DNA of 32,000 bases from Staphylothermus hellenicus DSM 12710 (GTDB lineage: Archaea > Thermoproteota > Thermoprotei_A > Sulfolobales > Desulfurococcaceae). The notes beneath the pieces are model-generated. The model was not told the origin of the DNA, did not search any database, and saw only the letters and a program-made list of their open reading frames with translations. Shown here piece after piece: positions 14,418-22,522 of this stretch (position 1 is the stretch's first letter; the number at the start of each line of letters is the position of its first letter). The stretch covers positions 390,001 through 422,000 of the forward strand of contig NC_014205.1 in the NCBI RefSeq assembly GCF_000092465.1, in the 5' to 3' direction. A program made the translations under genes and the position numbers.

Positions 14418-15998
14418 TTATCTAGTCTTATAATATACTATTAAAACAACAATAATGGCTACTATTAATGCTGGGATCACAAGGCCCCAGTTAATAATTG
14501 GTTTAAAACGACCGGTTCCAGTAGGTAACTCTATTTTCTTAGTGGTATTAGTTTGTGATCCGGTTGTTAGCGGTGGAGGCGGTGCTGTAGTTGTTGTGGT
14601 ATTGGCGGTTGTCGTTGTAGTTGTTGTATTAGAAGGACTTGTAGATACGCTTGTAGTTGTAGTAGTTGTTGTGGTTGCTGTGATTATTTGGTTCTCTACT
14701 AATAATCCTTTAAAACAATACATGTTATAGTCTCTACTACCTATAAGTATCTCTGGTAACCCGTCGTTATCTACATCGCTTATGGCTGGCGAAGCCATTA
14801 TTGGAGCATCGGTGCTATATAGCCATTCAACCTCGCGGAAGAAACCACTAGGCTTAGTAGCGTTCACTATGACAAACTCTCCCGTGTGGAGCCCAAATAT
14901 GATCTCGTTTTTCCCGTCACCATCAATATCAGCTATTATCGGTGAAGATTGATATGTTTGAAGATCGGGGAAGTATTTCTTAACATTTAAGCTCATGTTG
15001 AGAATATATAATCCATCCATTGTACCTACAACAATCTCTGGTTCAGGATCATCGTCTACATTTCCTATAGATGGTGAAGCAAAAGTATCTGTTGCATTAA
15101 GTTTTGTTTCACCAATTATTCCGCCATTTAATAGATCAACAATGAATACATGTGCATCTTTTGAAACAATAACAGCATCATCGCTTCCATCATTGTTTAC
15201 ATCATATAGCACGGGTGGAGGAACAAGATATGACCCTAGATCTAAGCTGTAAACCACATATTTCTCCTCATTAACAGAATAATCGATTACATGAAGATAT
15301 GTTCCCTCAACTATTATGATTTCATCAATTCCATCCCCATCTATATCGCTAAGCGAAGGAGTAGTTGCAGGCATATCTCCCACATAAATCTTAGCCTCAA
15401 CTGTCCCGTTACGGTTGATCACGTATACATATCCATCATTAGAGCCCATTACCACCTCTACATCATCATCCCCATCTACATCCCCCACAGCTGGTGATCC
15501 ACTAAACATTCTATCATTAATAACCCATTTCTCGCTTCCATCATAGTTTAAACAGTATAGGTTACCGGAGGCACCAACTGTTAAGATATCATAGTATCCA
15601 TCTCCATCTACATCATATATTGTAGGGTCAGCGAACATTCCGCCAGTTGGATATTTCCATAGAACTTCTCCATTACTTCCATTAACAACATATAAGTTAC
15701 CATCACAAGAACTATAAACTACCTCCTTATACCCATCATTATTAATATCACCTATAGCCGGGGAAGAAGCTACGCATAGTTCTGAATGGGTCTTCCATAA
15801 GAGATCAAATGCGTAAAAGCGATATGTATTATTACCTATTATCTCCCTAATATTAACGTATCCAACATGTTTAAAATTATACTTGTAAGTAGGCCATACA
15901 CCAATGTATTTGGGCTGTTCAATTATTTGATAACTTATAGGACTAGCTAGTATAGAAACAAGTAAAACAATGAAAATCGTCATTCTTAATATACTCAT
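14418..15998 (-). CDS. Secreted, membrane-anchored FG-GAP/VCBS-type beta-propeller protein with a Thr-rich stalk
   Basis: Signal peptide MSILRMTIFIVLLVSILA. Eight D-x-(D/N)-x-D-G-x-x-(D/E) loops: GDINNDGYKE, YDVDGDGYYD, GDVDGDDDVE, SDIDGDGIDE, YDVNNDGSDD, GNVDDDPEPE, ADIDGDGKNE, SDVDNDGLPE. A poly-Thr linker is followed by a C-terminal TM helix. The start is ATG 15998, 5 nt after GGTGA. Confidence 0.75.
   Translation of the reverse strand: MSILRMTIFIVLLVSILASPISYQIIEQPKYIGVWPTYKYNFKHVGYVNIREIIGNNTYRFYAFDLLWKTHSELCVASSPAIGDINNDGYKEVVYSSCDGNLYVVNGSNGEVLWKYPTGGMFADPTIYDVDGDGYYDILTVGASGNLYCLNYDGSEKWVINDRMFSGSPAVGDVDGDDDVEVVMGSNDGYVYVINRNGTVEAKIYVGDMPATTPSLSDIDGDGIDEIIIVEGTYLHVIDYSVNEEKYVVYSLDLGSYLVPPPVLYDVNNDGSDDAVIVSKDAHVFIVDLLNGGIIGETKLNATDTFASPSIGNVDDDPEPEIVVGTMDGLYILNMSLNVKKYFPDLQTYQSSPIIADIDGDGKNEIIFGLHTGEFVIVNATKPSGFFREVEWLYSTDAPIMASPAISDVDNDGLPEILIGSRDYNMYCFKGLLVENQIITATTTTTTTTSVSTSPSNTTTTTTTANTTTTTAPPPPLTTGSQTNTTKKIELPTGTGRFKPIINWGLVIPALIVAIIVVLIVYYKTR
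14535..14684 (-). repeat. Low-complexity Thr/Pro-rich linker coding region (likely O-glycosylated stalk)
   Basis: Encodes ITATTTTTTTTSVSTSPSNTTTTTTTANTTTTTAPPPPLTTGSQTNTTKK. At the DNA level it is imperfect ACN triplet repeats. Confidence 0.8.
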
Positions 15999-16043
15999 GT
16001 ATCTCACCTATCACTTATTACAAACCTACCTATTATTAACTAA

Positions 16044-16074
16044 ATTATATAATGATTCTACAAGATTATATAAT
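16044..16074. promoter_or_regulatory. Two copies of the palindromic TATA-like decamer ATTATATAAT, 21 bp apart, in a divergent promoter region
   Basis: ATTATATAAT at 16044-16053 and 16065-16074. Each copy sits about 46 bp from the start codon it faces (15998 on minus, 16120 on plus). Confidence 0.35.
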
Positions 16075-16119
16075 AAGAGATGCATAGTTTGCTGTTAACC
16101 ACTCCCATATATGTGAGTA

Positions 16120-17121
16120 GTGTTGGAGAAATATGCATTAATAATTGAGGAACTCACTAAAAGATTTGGGAAAGTATTAGCGCTGAAAGGTATATCGTTC
16201 AAGGCATCTGTAGGAGAAATTGTGGGGTTGCTTGGCCCTAATGGTGCTGGAAAAACAACAACTTTGAAAGCGATTGCTGGTGCTTTAAAACCTACTAGTG
16301 GGAGAGTATATGTTTTTGGTTATGATAGTTTTCGTGAACAAGTTAAGGTGAGGAATTTAATAGGGGTTGTTCCAGAACTACCTGGTCTTAGCCCTGAATT
16401 AAGTGTTTATGATAATTTATTCTTTGTTGGAAGAATATATGGTATGAAGAAACACGTAGTTATGGATAGGATAAAGGAATTATCGGAAATGCTTGAATTA
16501 AAGGATCTTCTAAGAATTAAATATGCTAAGTTATCTAAAGGGTTGAAGAGGAGAGTAGATATTGCTGCTGCTCTAATACATGATCCTAAATTATTGTTGC
16601 TGGATGAACCCACAACAGGGCTTGATGTAATATCAGCGTCTGCTTTAAGAGAATATATTGTAAAACTTCCAAGAGAAGGTAAAACAATAATTCTATCATC
16701 ACACTATATCGATGAAGTAATGAATATTGCTCATAAAGTGATCTTATTGGTTAAAGGCACTAAGCTTGTGGAGGGCTCGCCTCTAGAGCTTAAAAGGATC
16801 CTGAAACTAGATAAACATGTGAAAATTATATTGGACAAGCCTATTGATAGCTCTGTATTTGATATAATAGCGAAGCATATTGAGACAAAAAGTATTGGAT
16901 ATGATCTAAGATTTCGCCACAACATTGTTGAGATGAGGAGTTCTAATGTAGTGAAAACAATTAATGAAGTCAGCGATCTAATTAGGAAAGCCGGGCATGA
17001 AATAGTTGATATAGAGGTAGTGCCTCCATCATGGAGTGATGTATTTAAGAAATACATTGAGGGGTTCTCAGCGAAGAATTGTGAAGCATGCCCATTATAT
17101 AGGGGTGGATGCATTGGTTAG
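16120..17121 (+). CDS. ABC-2-type exporter ATP-binding protein with C-terminal accessory domain
   Basis: Walker A GPNGAGKTT, signature LSKGLKRR, Walker B LLLLDEP, H-loop SSH. A roughly 110-aa C-terminal extension ends NCEACPLYRGGC. The start is GTG 16120 or TTG 16123. Confidence 0.85.
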   Translation: MLEKYALIIEELTKRFGKVLALKGISFKASVGEIVGLLGPNGAGKTTTLKAIAGALKPTSGRVYVFGYDSFREQVKVRNLIGVVPELPGLSPELSVYDNLFFVGRIYGMKKHVVMDRIKELSEMLELKDLLRIKYAKLSKGLKRRVDIAAALIHDPKLLLLDEPTTGLDVISASALREYIVKLPREGKTIILSSHYIDEVMNIAHKVILLVKGTKLVEGSPLELKRILKLDKHVKIILDKPIDSSVFDIIAKHIETKSIGYDLRFRHNIVEMRSSNVVKTINEVSDLIRKAGHEIVDIEVVPPSWSDVFKKYIEGFSAKNCEACPLYRGGCIG

Positions 17122-17848
17122 GCTTAGAGTGGTATCAATTATTTTCCTGTATGATTTAAAAAAATATTATTCTAAAGCACCTGTTATTAGCTGGGGAATA
17201 TTAACGCCCCTCGCAATTATTCTCCTACTATATTTTAGTGCTGGCGTATTCGGTTATTCCAGAATAGTTCCAGCAATGTTTGTTGTTAGCTTATTATTTG
17301 CAGCTACAAGTATGTCTCAGGTATCTGTTAGTTTTGAGAAAATGAGTGGTTCGATAAATATGCTGTACTTTATGCCTGTAAGTATTATAGAGATATTGCT
17401 GGGTAAGCTTCTAGGAGGCATAATATATGGTTTTCTAGGAACATTTATTGCTAGTATAGCTGTTTTAGCTACAACGGGTTACTCAGCAATAATAAGGCCA
17501 TTATTCTTCACCTATGGAATAGTTGTTGGTTCACTTCTATTCTCTTTTATAAGCTTACTATTTGCTTTTGCATACGAACCCATAAAAGCTGTTGCTTTGC
17601 TAAATATAGTTAGGTTCTTAATGATTTTTCTCGGAGGACTCATCATACCTAAACCATTGATGCCTAGAAACATATTGTTTATAGTATATATTTTCCCCTC
17701 AGTATATGTAGCGGACATAGTTAGGTTTGGACTATATAATACTTGGGACTATGTTGACCCATATACATCGATTATAATATCGTTAATCTACCTAATAGTA
17801 TTAATAATTGTTACGGTAAGAATAGTTTCCAGAACATTTTATCCATGA
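17105..17848 (+). CDS. ABC-2 family transporter permease
   Basis: Six predicted hydrophobic helices, directly coupled to the ATPase gene. The start is placed at GTG 17105 (or TTG 17114), overlapping the ATPase stop (17119-17121). The track's 17036 start lies inside the ATPase gene. Confidence 0.7.
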   Translation: MDALVRLRVVSIIFLYDLKKYYSKAPVISWGILTPLAIILLLYFSAGVFGYSRIVPAMFVVSLLFAATSMSQVSVSFEKMSGSINMLYFMPVSIIEILLGKLLGGIIYGFLGTFIASIAVLATTGYSAIIRPLFFTYGIVVGSLLFSFISLLFAFAYEPIKAVALLNIVRFLMIFLGGLIIPKPLMPRNILFIVYIFPSVYVADIVRFGLYNTWDYVDPYTSIIISLIYLIVLIIVTVRIVSRTFYP

Positions 17849-17924
17849 AGAAGTAGTAATCTATATAATTGAACTACCAAAATAACTATCTATAGTTGAA
17901 ACAATAATAGAGGAGTGTTCTATA

Positions 17925-18170
17925 ATGAGCTATGTCAAAGTAATAGTTGATCGAGACACATGCATAGGATGCGGAGTAGCACCAGCAACATGCCCCGAAG
18001 TATTCGTCCTAGGAGAAGATAATGGCAAGAACAGAGTCGTAGACAAATATACAGAGAAAATAGATGAACACATATCTATAGGCAAAGTACCAGAAGATCT
18101 CCTTGAATGCGTTAAATCAGCAGTAGACGCATGTCCAGTAGCAGCAATCCGTTACGAAACAGAAAAATAA
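17925..18170 (+). CDS. Small single-cluster [4Fe-4S]/[3Fe-4S] ferredoxin (Pyrococcus-ferredoxin type)
   Basis: 81 aa. 'DRDTCIGCGVAPATCPEVF' plus a distal 'DACPVAAI', the same layout as the Pyrococcus furiosus-type ferredoxin. Confidence 0.85.
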   Translation: MSYVKVIVDRDTCIGCGVAPATCPEVFVLGEDNGKNRVVDKYTEKIDEHISIGKVPEDLLECVKSAVDACPVAAIRYETEK

Positions 18171-18214
18171 CCACATAAACTCCTTAAGAAAAACCCCCTC
18201 ATCCTACCCTACAA

Positions 18215-18220
18215 TTTTTT
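18215..18220 (+). terminator. Oligo-T tract downstream of the ferredoxin gene (candidate archaeal terminator)
   Basis: A TTTTTT run 45 nt after the stop codon. Archaeal RNAP terminates at oligo-T. Confidence 0.3.
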
Positions 18221-18309
18221 GTTGATAAAAATCGACAAATAACAGTGTATTTTTCTCCTCAAAAATGTTATCCTTGTAGAGTCATATATTTATTAATGGT
18301 GAAGAATTC

Positions 18310-19617
18310 ATGGGTAACGAGAATATTGAGAATTATTTGAAAGCATTAGCTCATAGGATTAGAAGAGATATTATTAGAGCTTTAGCTGAGAAGAAGCATC
18401 TTAGTTATACTGAGTTAATGAGGATCACTGGCATAGAAGATAGTGGTACGTTTGCTTTTCACTTGAAAATGTTACATGGTATAGTAGAGAAAGATCCTAA
18501 GACTGGAGAATACAGTTTAACAGAGAAGGGATGGAAACTCTATAAGGCATTAAAAATGTTTAGTGATGAAAAGGTAGAGGGGGAAACTGCTCGGGTTAAA
18601 GAATCTAAACCTGCAGAGATTATAAGGGTTTCTGATAAAATAGAATTTACACTTACACGTGGATTAGCGGAGAAGCTGTGCCGTGAAGGTAAGAAGATAT
18701 ATGTTTCAGACGTACTAATGTTCAAGATCGAGGATATGCCTGAAGAAGTTATTGAATGTGTCTTGGAAGGTGTTAATGATGTATTATTTATTGATGCTCC
18801 ACCAAATCTTAAACCATTAATTCAGATTAGATCGGGAGATATTGGATTAATTGGTAGAGGCGGAGAATTTGTTTCTGGCCTAGTAAGTGGTTTAGTGAAA
18901 AGCGTATTATCAGGTATATCTAAAACTATGTCGAAGACCATGTCTAAAACAATGAGTATAGGCTATGAGAAAAAGAAAATACCTGTACACATAAAAGTAG
19001 ATAGCTTGAGTGATCTAGAAGCATTGGATATGACTATAGATTCATCAAGCATATCAGTATTTGATAGCGGTGATAAAATTGTTTTTGAAGGTAGGAGAAG
19101 CGTTGAAGGTTCTGTATCAATAGATAAGCATATAGATAAACTAGAGGTACGAAGTAATAGTGCATCAGGTAAACTATATTTCCCATTAACATTTGAAGAA
19201 GCATTGATCAATATAGATTCCTCTAATATTAATGGAACACTAAAAATCACTAAAAACATTAGATCAGTCATAGATTCCTCTAATGCTTCAATAAAAATAC
19301 ATGACCTAAGAGAATCAAACATTTCCCTCACAACTGATTCCTCAAGTGCAAACATAGAATTAAAATATAGTAGCTTCACTGGAACATCGCATTTAAAAAT
19401 TAAATCAGATTCATCAGCACTAAACCTCAACATATATGTTCCTGAAAGTACTAGGATCAAGGCAGTTATTCATGGAAGTTATGGATATATCAACGTAGAT
19501 GGCAGGAAGACTAGAGAGTATATTGATGTTGATTATGATAAGTCAGATTCTAGAATAGATATAGTTGTTAAAGCTGATTCAAGTGTTGTCAAAGTAAATA
19601 TTCATAGAGAAAAATAG
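18310..19617 (+). CDS. ArsR-family wHTH regulator fused to a beta-helical repeat domain (DUF4097-like 'putative adhesin' repeats)
   Basis: The N-terminus 'LKALAHRIRRDIIRALAEKKHLSYTELMRITGIEDSGTFAFHLKMLHGIVEKDPKTGEYSLTEKG' is a classic ArsR/HTH_20 domain. A Gly/Ser/Val-rich segment and (SKTM)x3 follow. The C-terminal half has six periodic x-DSS-x strands: IDSSSISV, IDSSNINGTL, IDSSNASIKI, TDSSSANIEL, SDSSALNLNI, ADSSVVKVNI. Confidence 0.65.
   Translation: MGNENIENYLKALAHRIRRDIIRALAEKKHLSYTELMRITGIEDSGTFAFHLKMLHGIVEKDPKTGEYSLTEKGWKLYKALKMFSDEKVEGETARVKESKPAEIIRVSDKIEFTLTRGLAEKLCREGKKIYVSDVLMFKIEDMPEEVIECVLEGVNDVLFIDAPPNLKPLIQIRSGDIGLIGRGGEFVSGLVSGLVKSVLSGISKTMSKTMSKTMSIGYEKKKIPVHIKVDSLSDLEALDMTIDSSSISVFDSGDKIVFEGRRSVEGSVSIDKHIDKLEVRSNSASGKLYFPLTFEEALINIDSSNINGTLKITKNIRSVIDSSNASIKIHDLRESNISLTTDSSSANIELKYSSFTGTSHLKIKSDSSALNLNIYVPESTRIKAVIHGSYGYINVDGRKTREYIDVDYDKSDSRIDIVVKADSSVVKVNIHREK
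18919..18957 (+). repeat. Three tandem 12-nt units encoding (SKTM)x3 inside the HTH-fusion gene
   Basis: tctaaaactatg / tcgaagaccatg / tctaaaacaatg, followed by agt. The units differ only at synonymous positions. Confidence 0.85.
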
Positions 19618-19757
19618 ATTTATCTTTTTACATCTTTATCTACAGTAACTGAGTATACTTTGTAATTCATGTTTTAAATAGTCTATTATTAATAGTGGGT
19701 ATTTAGAAAAGACTATGTTGGAAAAACTGTTTCCCAACTAATTTATGATATAGGTTT

Positions 19758-21032
19758 ATGGTTATGAGTAGGAGGAGTTCTTGGCCAAGAATAGATCCGA
19801 AGCTTTGTGCTGTTTGTCGTGGTAGGGGTTGGTGTGGTTTAAGTTATTGTCCATTGCTAGCTAGGCGTATGGCTACTTATAAGTTGAGAAGAGTTGTTGG
19901 TTCAAGGGAATTATTTGGCAGTAGTCCTCCTTCAGTATTTGTTGGTAGGCATGGTTATCCATATGTAAATATTGGGCCCTCTATTCCTCCTATAACAGGT
20001 GATACAAGCATCTATGATTTGCCCGAGAAATGGTTGGGCTTGAAATTGGAGAAGATACTTGATTATCGCTGGAGCTTAGTAACTGGTTCTAGAAAACATA
20101 GAGTAGATGATTTATCAGATTCTTTCATCGAGAAAATACATGAGATAATATTATCTATTAAACCAGTAGATGTAGAGGTTTACCTGGAGAAGCCTCCGAA
20201 ACCCTCGATTATTTTCAGCGAATACGAGCCTCCTCAAGGTCCTAGAGCGCCTATTAAAAATGTTAGGGTTGTTGGTAATCCTAGAATACCAAGGATTATT
20301 GATAGGGTTTACCAAGATAAGGACTTTAAAGCTGTAGATGCGATCATTGAGCTTTACAAGCATAATATACCTGTTACTATTATTCAGAGAATATTTAGTG
20401 TTGGAGCTTTAGGGGTTCAGCATAGGAGGAGGCTTGTACCTACAAGATGGAGTATTACTGCTGTAGATGATACTATATCTAAGTATTTAGTTGAGAAAAT
20501 AAAAGAATACGATGAGATCTCGGGGATCGAGGTATATGTGAGAAAATACTATGATAACTTATTCATAGCAATACTTTATCCTGGAAAATGGAGTTTTGAA
20601 TGGATGGAGGCTTGGTGGCCTGGGTCAACATGGAATCCGGGTGAGAGAGAAGTAGTGGTTGAGGGAGACTATGAAGGATTCAAGGGTAGGACAACATATC
20701 CTGAAATAGGAGGATGCTATTATGCTACAAGACTAGCTATAGCAGAACACCTGTATGGGAGGAAGAAACAAGCAGTAGCAATTGTTCTGCGAGAAATTTA
20801 TCCAGGATTCAATATACCTATAGGAGTATGGTTTGTCAGAGAAAACATTAGAGCAATGATGAGAAACAAACCTGTTCTAAAAACTAATAGTATAAGGGAA
20901 GTACTAGAGTTTATCGATAAAGAAACAAAACTTGGAGCAGAGAAATGGATAAGTTCATCTAGGCTCTTGAAGAGAATACTCTACGTTGAAACAATAGATA
21001 AGTATCTGCATCGTAGAATAAGTGATCGATGA
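19758..21032 (+). CDS. nreA: Nre-family archaeal DNA repair protein (COG1602, NreA-like)
   Basis: 424 aa. The N-terminal Cys cluster 'LCAVCRGRGWCGLSYCPLLAR' is characteristic of Nre proteins, and the length fits. A PIP-like VETIDKYL (20985-21008) sits near the C-terminus. Confidence 0.7.
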   Translation: MVMSRRSSWPRIDPKLCAVCRGRGWCGLSYCPLLARRMATYKLRRVVGSRELFGSSPPSVFVGRHGYPYVNIGPSIPPITGDTSIYDLPEKWLGLKLEKILDYRWSLVTGSRKHRVDDLSDSFIEKIHEIILSIKPVDVEVYLEKPPKPSIIFSEYEPPQGPRAPIKNVRVVGNPRIPRIIDRVYQDKDFKAVDAIIELYKHNIPVTIIQRIFSVGALGVQHRRRLVPTRWSITAVDDTISKYLVEKIKEYDEISGIEVYVRKYYDNLFIAILYPGKWSFEWMEAWWPGSTWNPGEREVVVEGDYEGFKGRTTYPEIGGCYYATRLAIAEHLYGRKKQAVAIVLREIYPGFNIPIGVWFVRENIRAMMRNKPVLKTNSIREVLEFIDKETKLGAEKWISSSRLLKRILYVETIDKYLHRRISDR

Positions 21033-21033
21033 A

Positions 21034-21858
21034 ATGAAGATCATTTTTATTAATGTAAAAAGAGCTCTAAGTAGAAGTGGTTTACCGGATCTAGACTATG
21101 CCTTGAACCCTTACATGGGTTGTTATCATGGATGCATATATTGCTATGCTAGACTATACACTTGGATCAATGAGATCAGGGAGAATTGGGGAGAAATAGT
21201 TGCTGTGAAAAAGAACCTGATCAATGTTCTCGAGAAAGAGATAAAATATTTTCGAAAAGGAGTAGTGGGAGTGGGAACAATAACAGATCCGTATCAACCA
21301 GTTGAAGCAATATATGAGTTAACAAGGAGATCAATAGAGCTTCTTCTAAGACATGGATTCCATGTAAGTATTCAGACAAAGAATACCCTTATCCTCAGAG
21401 ACACTGATTTATTAACGAAACATAGGGATAATGTTGATGTTGGTTTTACAATTACTTCTCTAAACAATAAAAAATCTAGATTATACGAGCCCAGAGCATC
21501 TCCACCCTCTATGCGGGCATATGCTTTAAAACAATTATCTATTAGAGGTATTGATACATGGATATTTTATGGACCAGTAATACCGGGTTATAACGATGAT
21601 CTAGATACGAGAACTAAAATAATAGAGTTAGCGAGGGAAACAGGGAGCAGGATCTTGATAGATAGTATTCACGTCAAGAAGTTCATGTATAATAAAAACC
21701 ATCCACTACACCAGCTAATACCTATAATTAGGAATTATCCATGGAAAAGATTTCTAAGTGAAACAATAAAGCTGTGTAGAGAATACAATGTAGAATGCAT
21801 TCCCGGCTTTGCAGAACCATCTAAAAAAGAATCTACACTTGATTCATTTATGCATTAA
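21034..21858 (+). CDS. Radical SAM protein, SplB-like 'DNA repair photolyase' family (COG1533)
   Basis: 'LNPYMGCYHGCIYCYAR' is the CxxxCxxC radical-SAM cluster in the COG1533 context. ATG 21034 is 1 nt after the NreA stop; the track's GTG 21022 overlaps NreA by 11 nt. Confidence 0.8.
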   Translation: MKIIFINVKRALSRSGLPDLDYALNPYMGCYHGCIYCYARLYTWINEIRENWGEIVAVKKNLINVLEKEIKYFRKGVVGVGTITDPYQPVEAIYELTRRSIELLLRHGFHVSIQTKNTLILRDTDLLTKHRDNVDVGFTITSLNNKKSRLYEPRASPPSMRAYALKQLSIRGIDTWIFYGPVIPGYNDDLDTRTKIIELARETGSRILIDSIHVKKFMYNKNHPLHQLIPIIRNYPWKRFLSETIKLCREYNVECIPGFAEPSKKESTLDSFMH

Positions 21859-22403
21859 ACACCTAGTGTTTTTCCCGCTATAATCTTATTAAATTCATTT
21901 CTGAAATTCTCATCATTTTCCAATAACCATTGATATATTTTATCAATTCTATTTCCCAAGAATATTTTAGATTTTATATTATCATATTCTATGATAAGCC
22001 ATCCTATACCATGATATTTAATATTTGATGAAACAATATCCTTAGCTATTTGTTCAGCATATACTAGTTCTGTAAGAGTTGATGTATCACCCATTTTACT
22101 AGGTAGTGGAATAAGAAAGAATCTCGCAAGCTTCCATCTCTGATGTTTCGATGCTAGCCTTATTTTTTCATGTTTAACTATCGAGATTATCTCCCATAGA
22201 TCATTCATTTGTTCTGTATGATTAATTCTCGTAGGTAAAACTATTGTAGAATGTTCAGGCGAGCCTTTAAGCTTACTTATTGGTCTAACAAATAATGTTT
22301 TCCTATAGGGCTTAGAAACTTGTTTCCAAAAATAAGCATCCAGCCCAATATTTATGTTTTTGCCCCTGAATACATTGTATGGTATGCTTATTTTGACACC
22401 CAA
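21855..22403 (-). CDS. Hypothetical protein (182 aa, TTG start uncertain)
   Basis: ORF track only; no motif recognised. Its 3' end overlaps the radical SAM gene's 3' end by 4 nt (convergent). Confidence 0.4.
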   Translation of the reverse strand: MGVKISIPYNVFRGKNINIGLDAYFWKQVSKPYRKTLFVRPISKLKGSPEHSTIVLPTRINHTEQMNDLWEIISIVKHEKIRLASKHQRWKLARFFLIPLPSKMGDTSTLTELVYAEQIAKDIVSSNIKYHGIGWLIIEYDNIKSKIFLGNRIDKIYQWLLENDENFRNEFNKIIAGKTLGV

Positions 22404-22416
22404 CTAAATACACCTT

Positions 22417-22448
22417 ATTGTATATATGTATCATTGTATATATGTATC
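22417..22448. repeat. Perfect tandem duplication 2 x 16 bp (ATTGTATATATGTATC) in the divergent promoter region upstream of the Opp/Dpp operon
   Basis: Read directly: 22417-22432 is identical to 22433-22448. A TATA-like TTTATAAG at 22482-22489 follows, about 35 bp before ATG 22523. Confidence 0.9.
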
Positions 22449-22522
22449 AAAACATAAGACTTATATATTCTACTTGTTTCTTTTATAAGACGGGGCATAA
22501 CACATTGGTGGGATGTATACCT

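Noticed and set aside
14535-14684. Short periodic repeats here, at 22634-22732 and at 18919-18957, as possible CRISPR or satellite arrays
   Set aside because: The period is 3-12 nt, they lie inside ORFs, and they encode Thr/Pro or SKTM low-complexity linkers. There is no repeat-spacer organisation.
14455-14730. 91-aa ORF with a long poly-Val run
   Set aside because: It is the reverse complement of the poly-Thr (ACN) stalk of the propeller gene, so GTN Val codons arise automatically.
17036-17104. Upstream extension of the ABC-2 permease ORF
   Set aside because: It lies wholly inside the ATPase gene in another frame. GTG 17105 or TTG 17114 at the ATPase stop gives the usual coupled arrangement.
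16731-17114. 127-aa minus-strand ORF, and similar antisense ORFs at 16407-16613, 17512-17718, 25110-25478, 26561-26845, 23123-24489, 29325-29516 and 31495-31722
   Set aside because: Each is embedded antisense in a gene with strong ABC-transporter, carboxyltransferase or phosphodiesterase motifs. None has recognisable motifs of its own.
17884-17897. AACTAT-ct-ATAGTT palindrome 30 bp upstream of the ferredoxin start
   Set aside because: The arms are short (6 bp) and A/T-rich. Such a match is expected by chance in this composition, and no second copy was seen.
18963-19460. 165-aa minus-strand ORF
   Set aside because: It is antisense to the periodic DSS-repeat region of the HTH-fusion gene. The sense strand carries the interpretable repeats, and nothing supports expression of the antisense ORF.
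22418-22522. Upstream extension of the binding-protein ORF (MYICIIVYMYQNIRL...)
   Set aside because: It runs through the tandem repeat and the TATA-like box. The internal ATG 22523 gives a proper basic-hydrophobic anchor (MKRLKALTRTASATIIIVIV), so the extension is an ORF-calling artefact.
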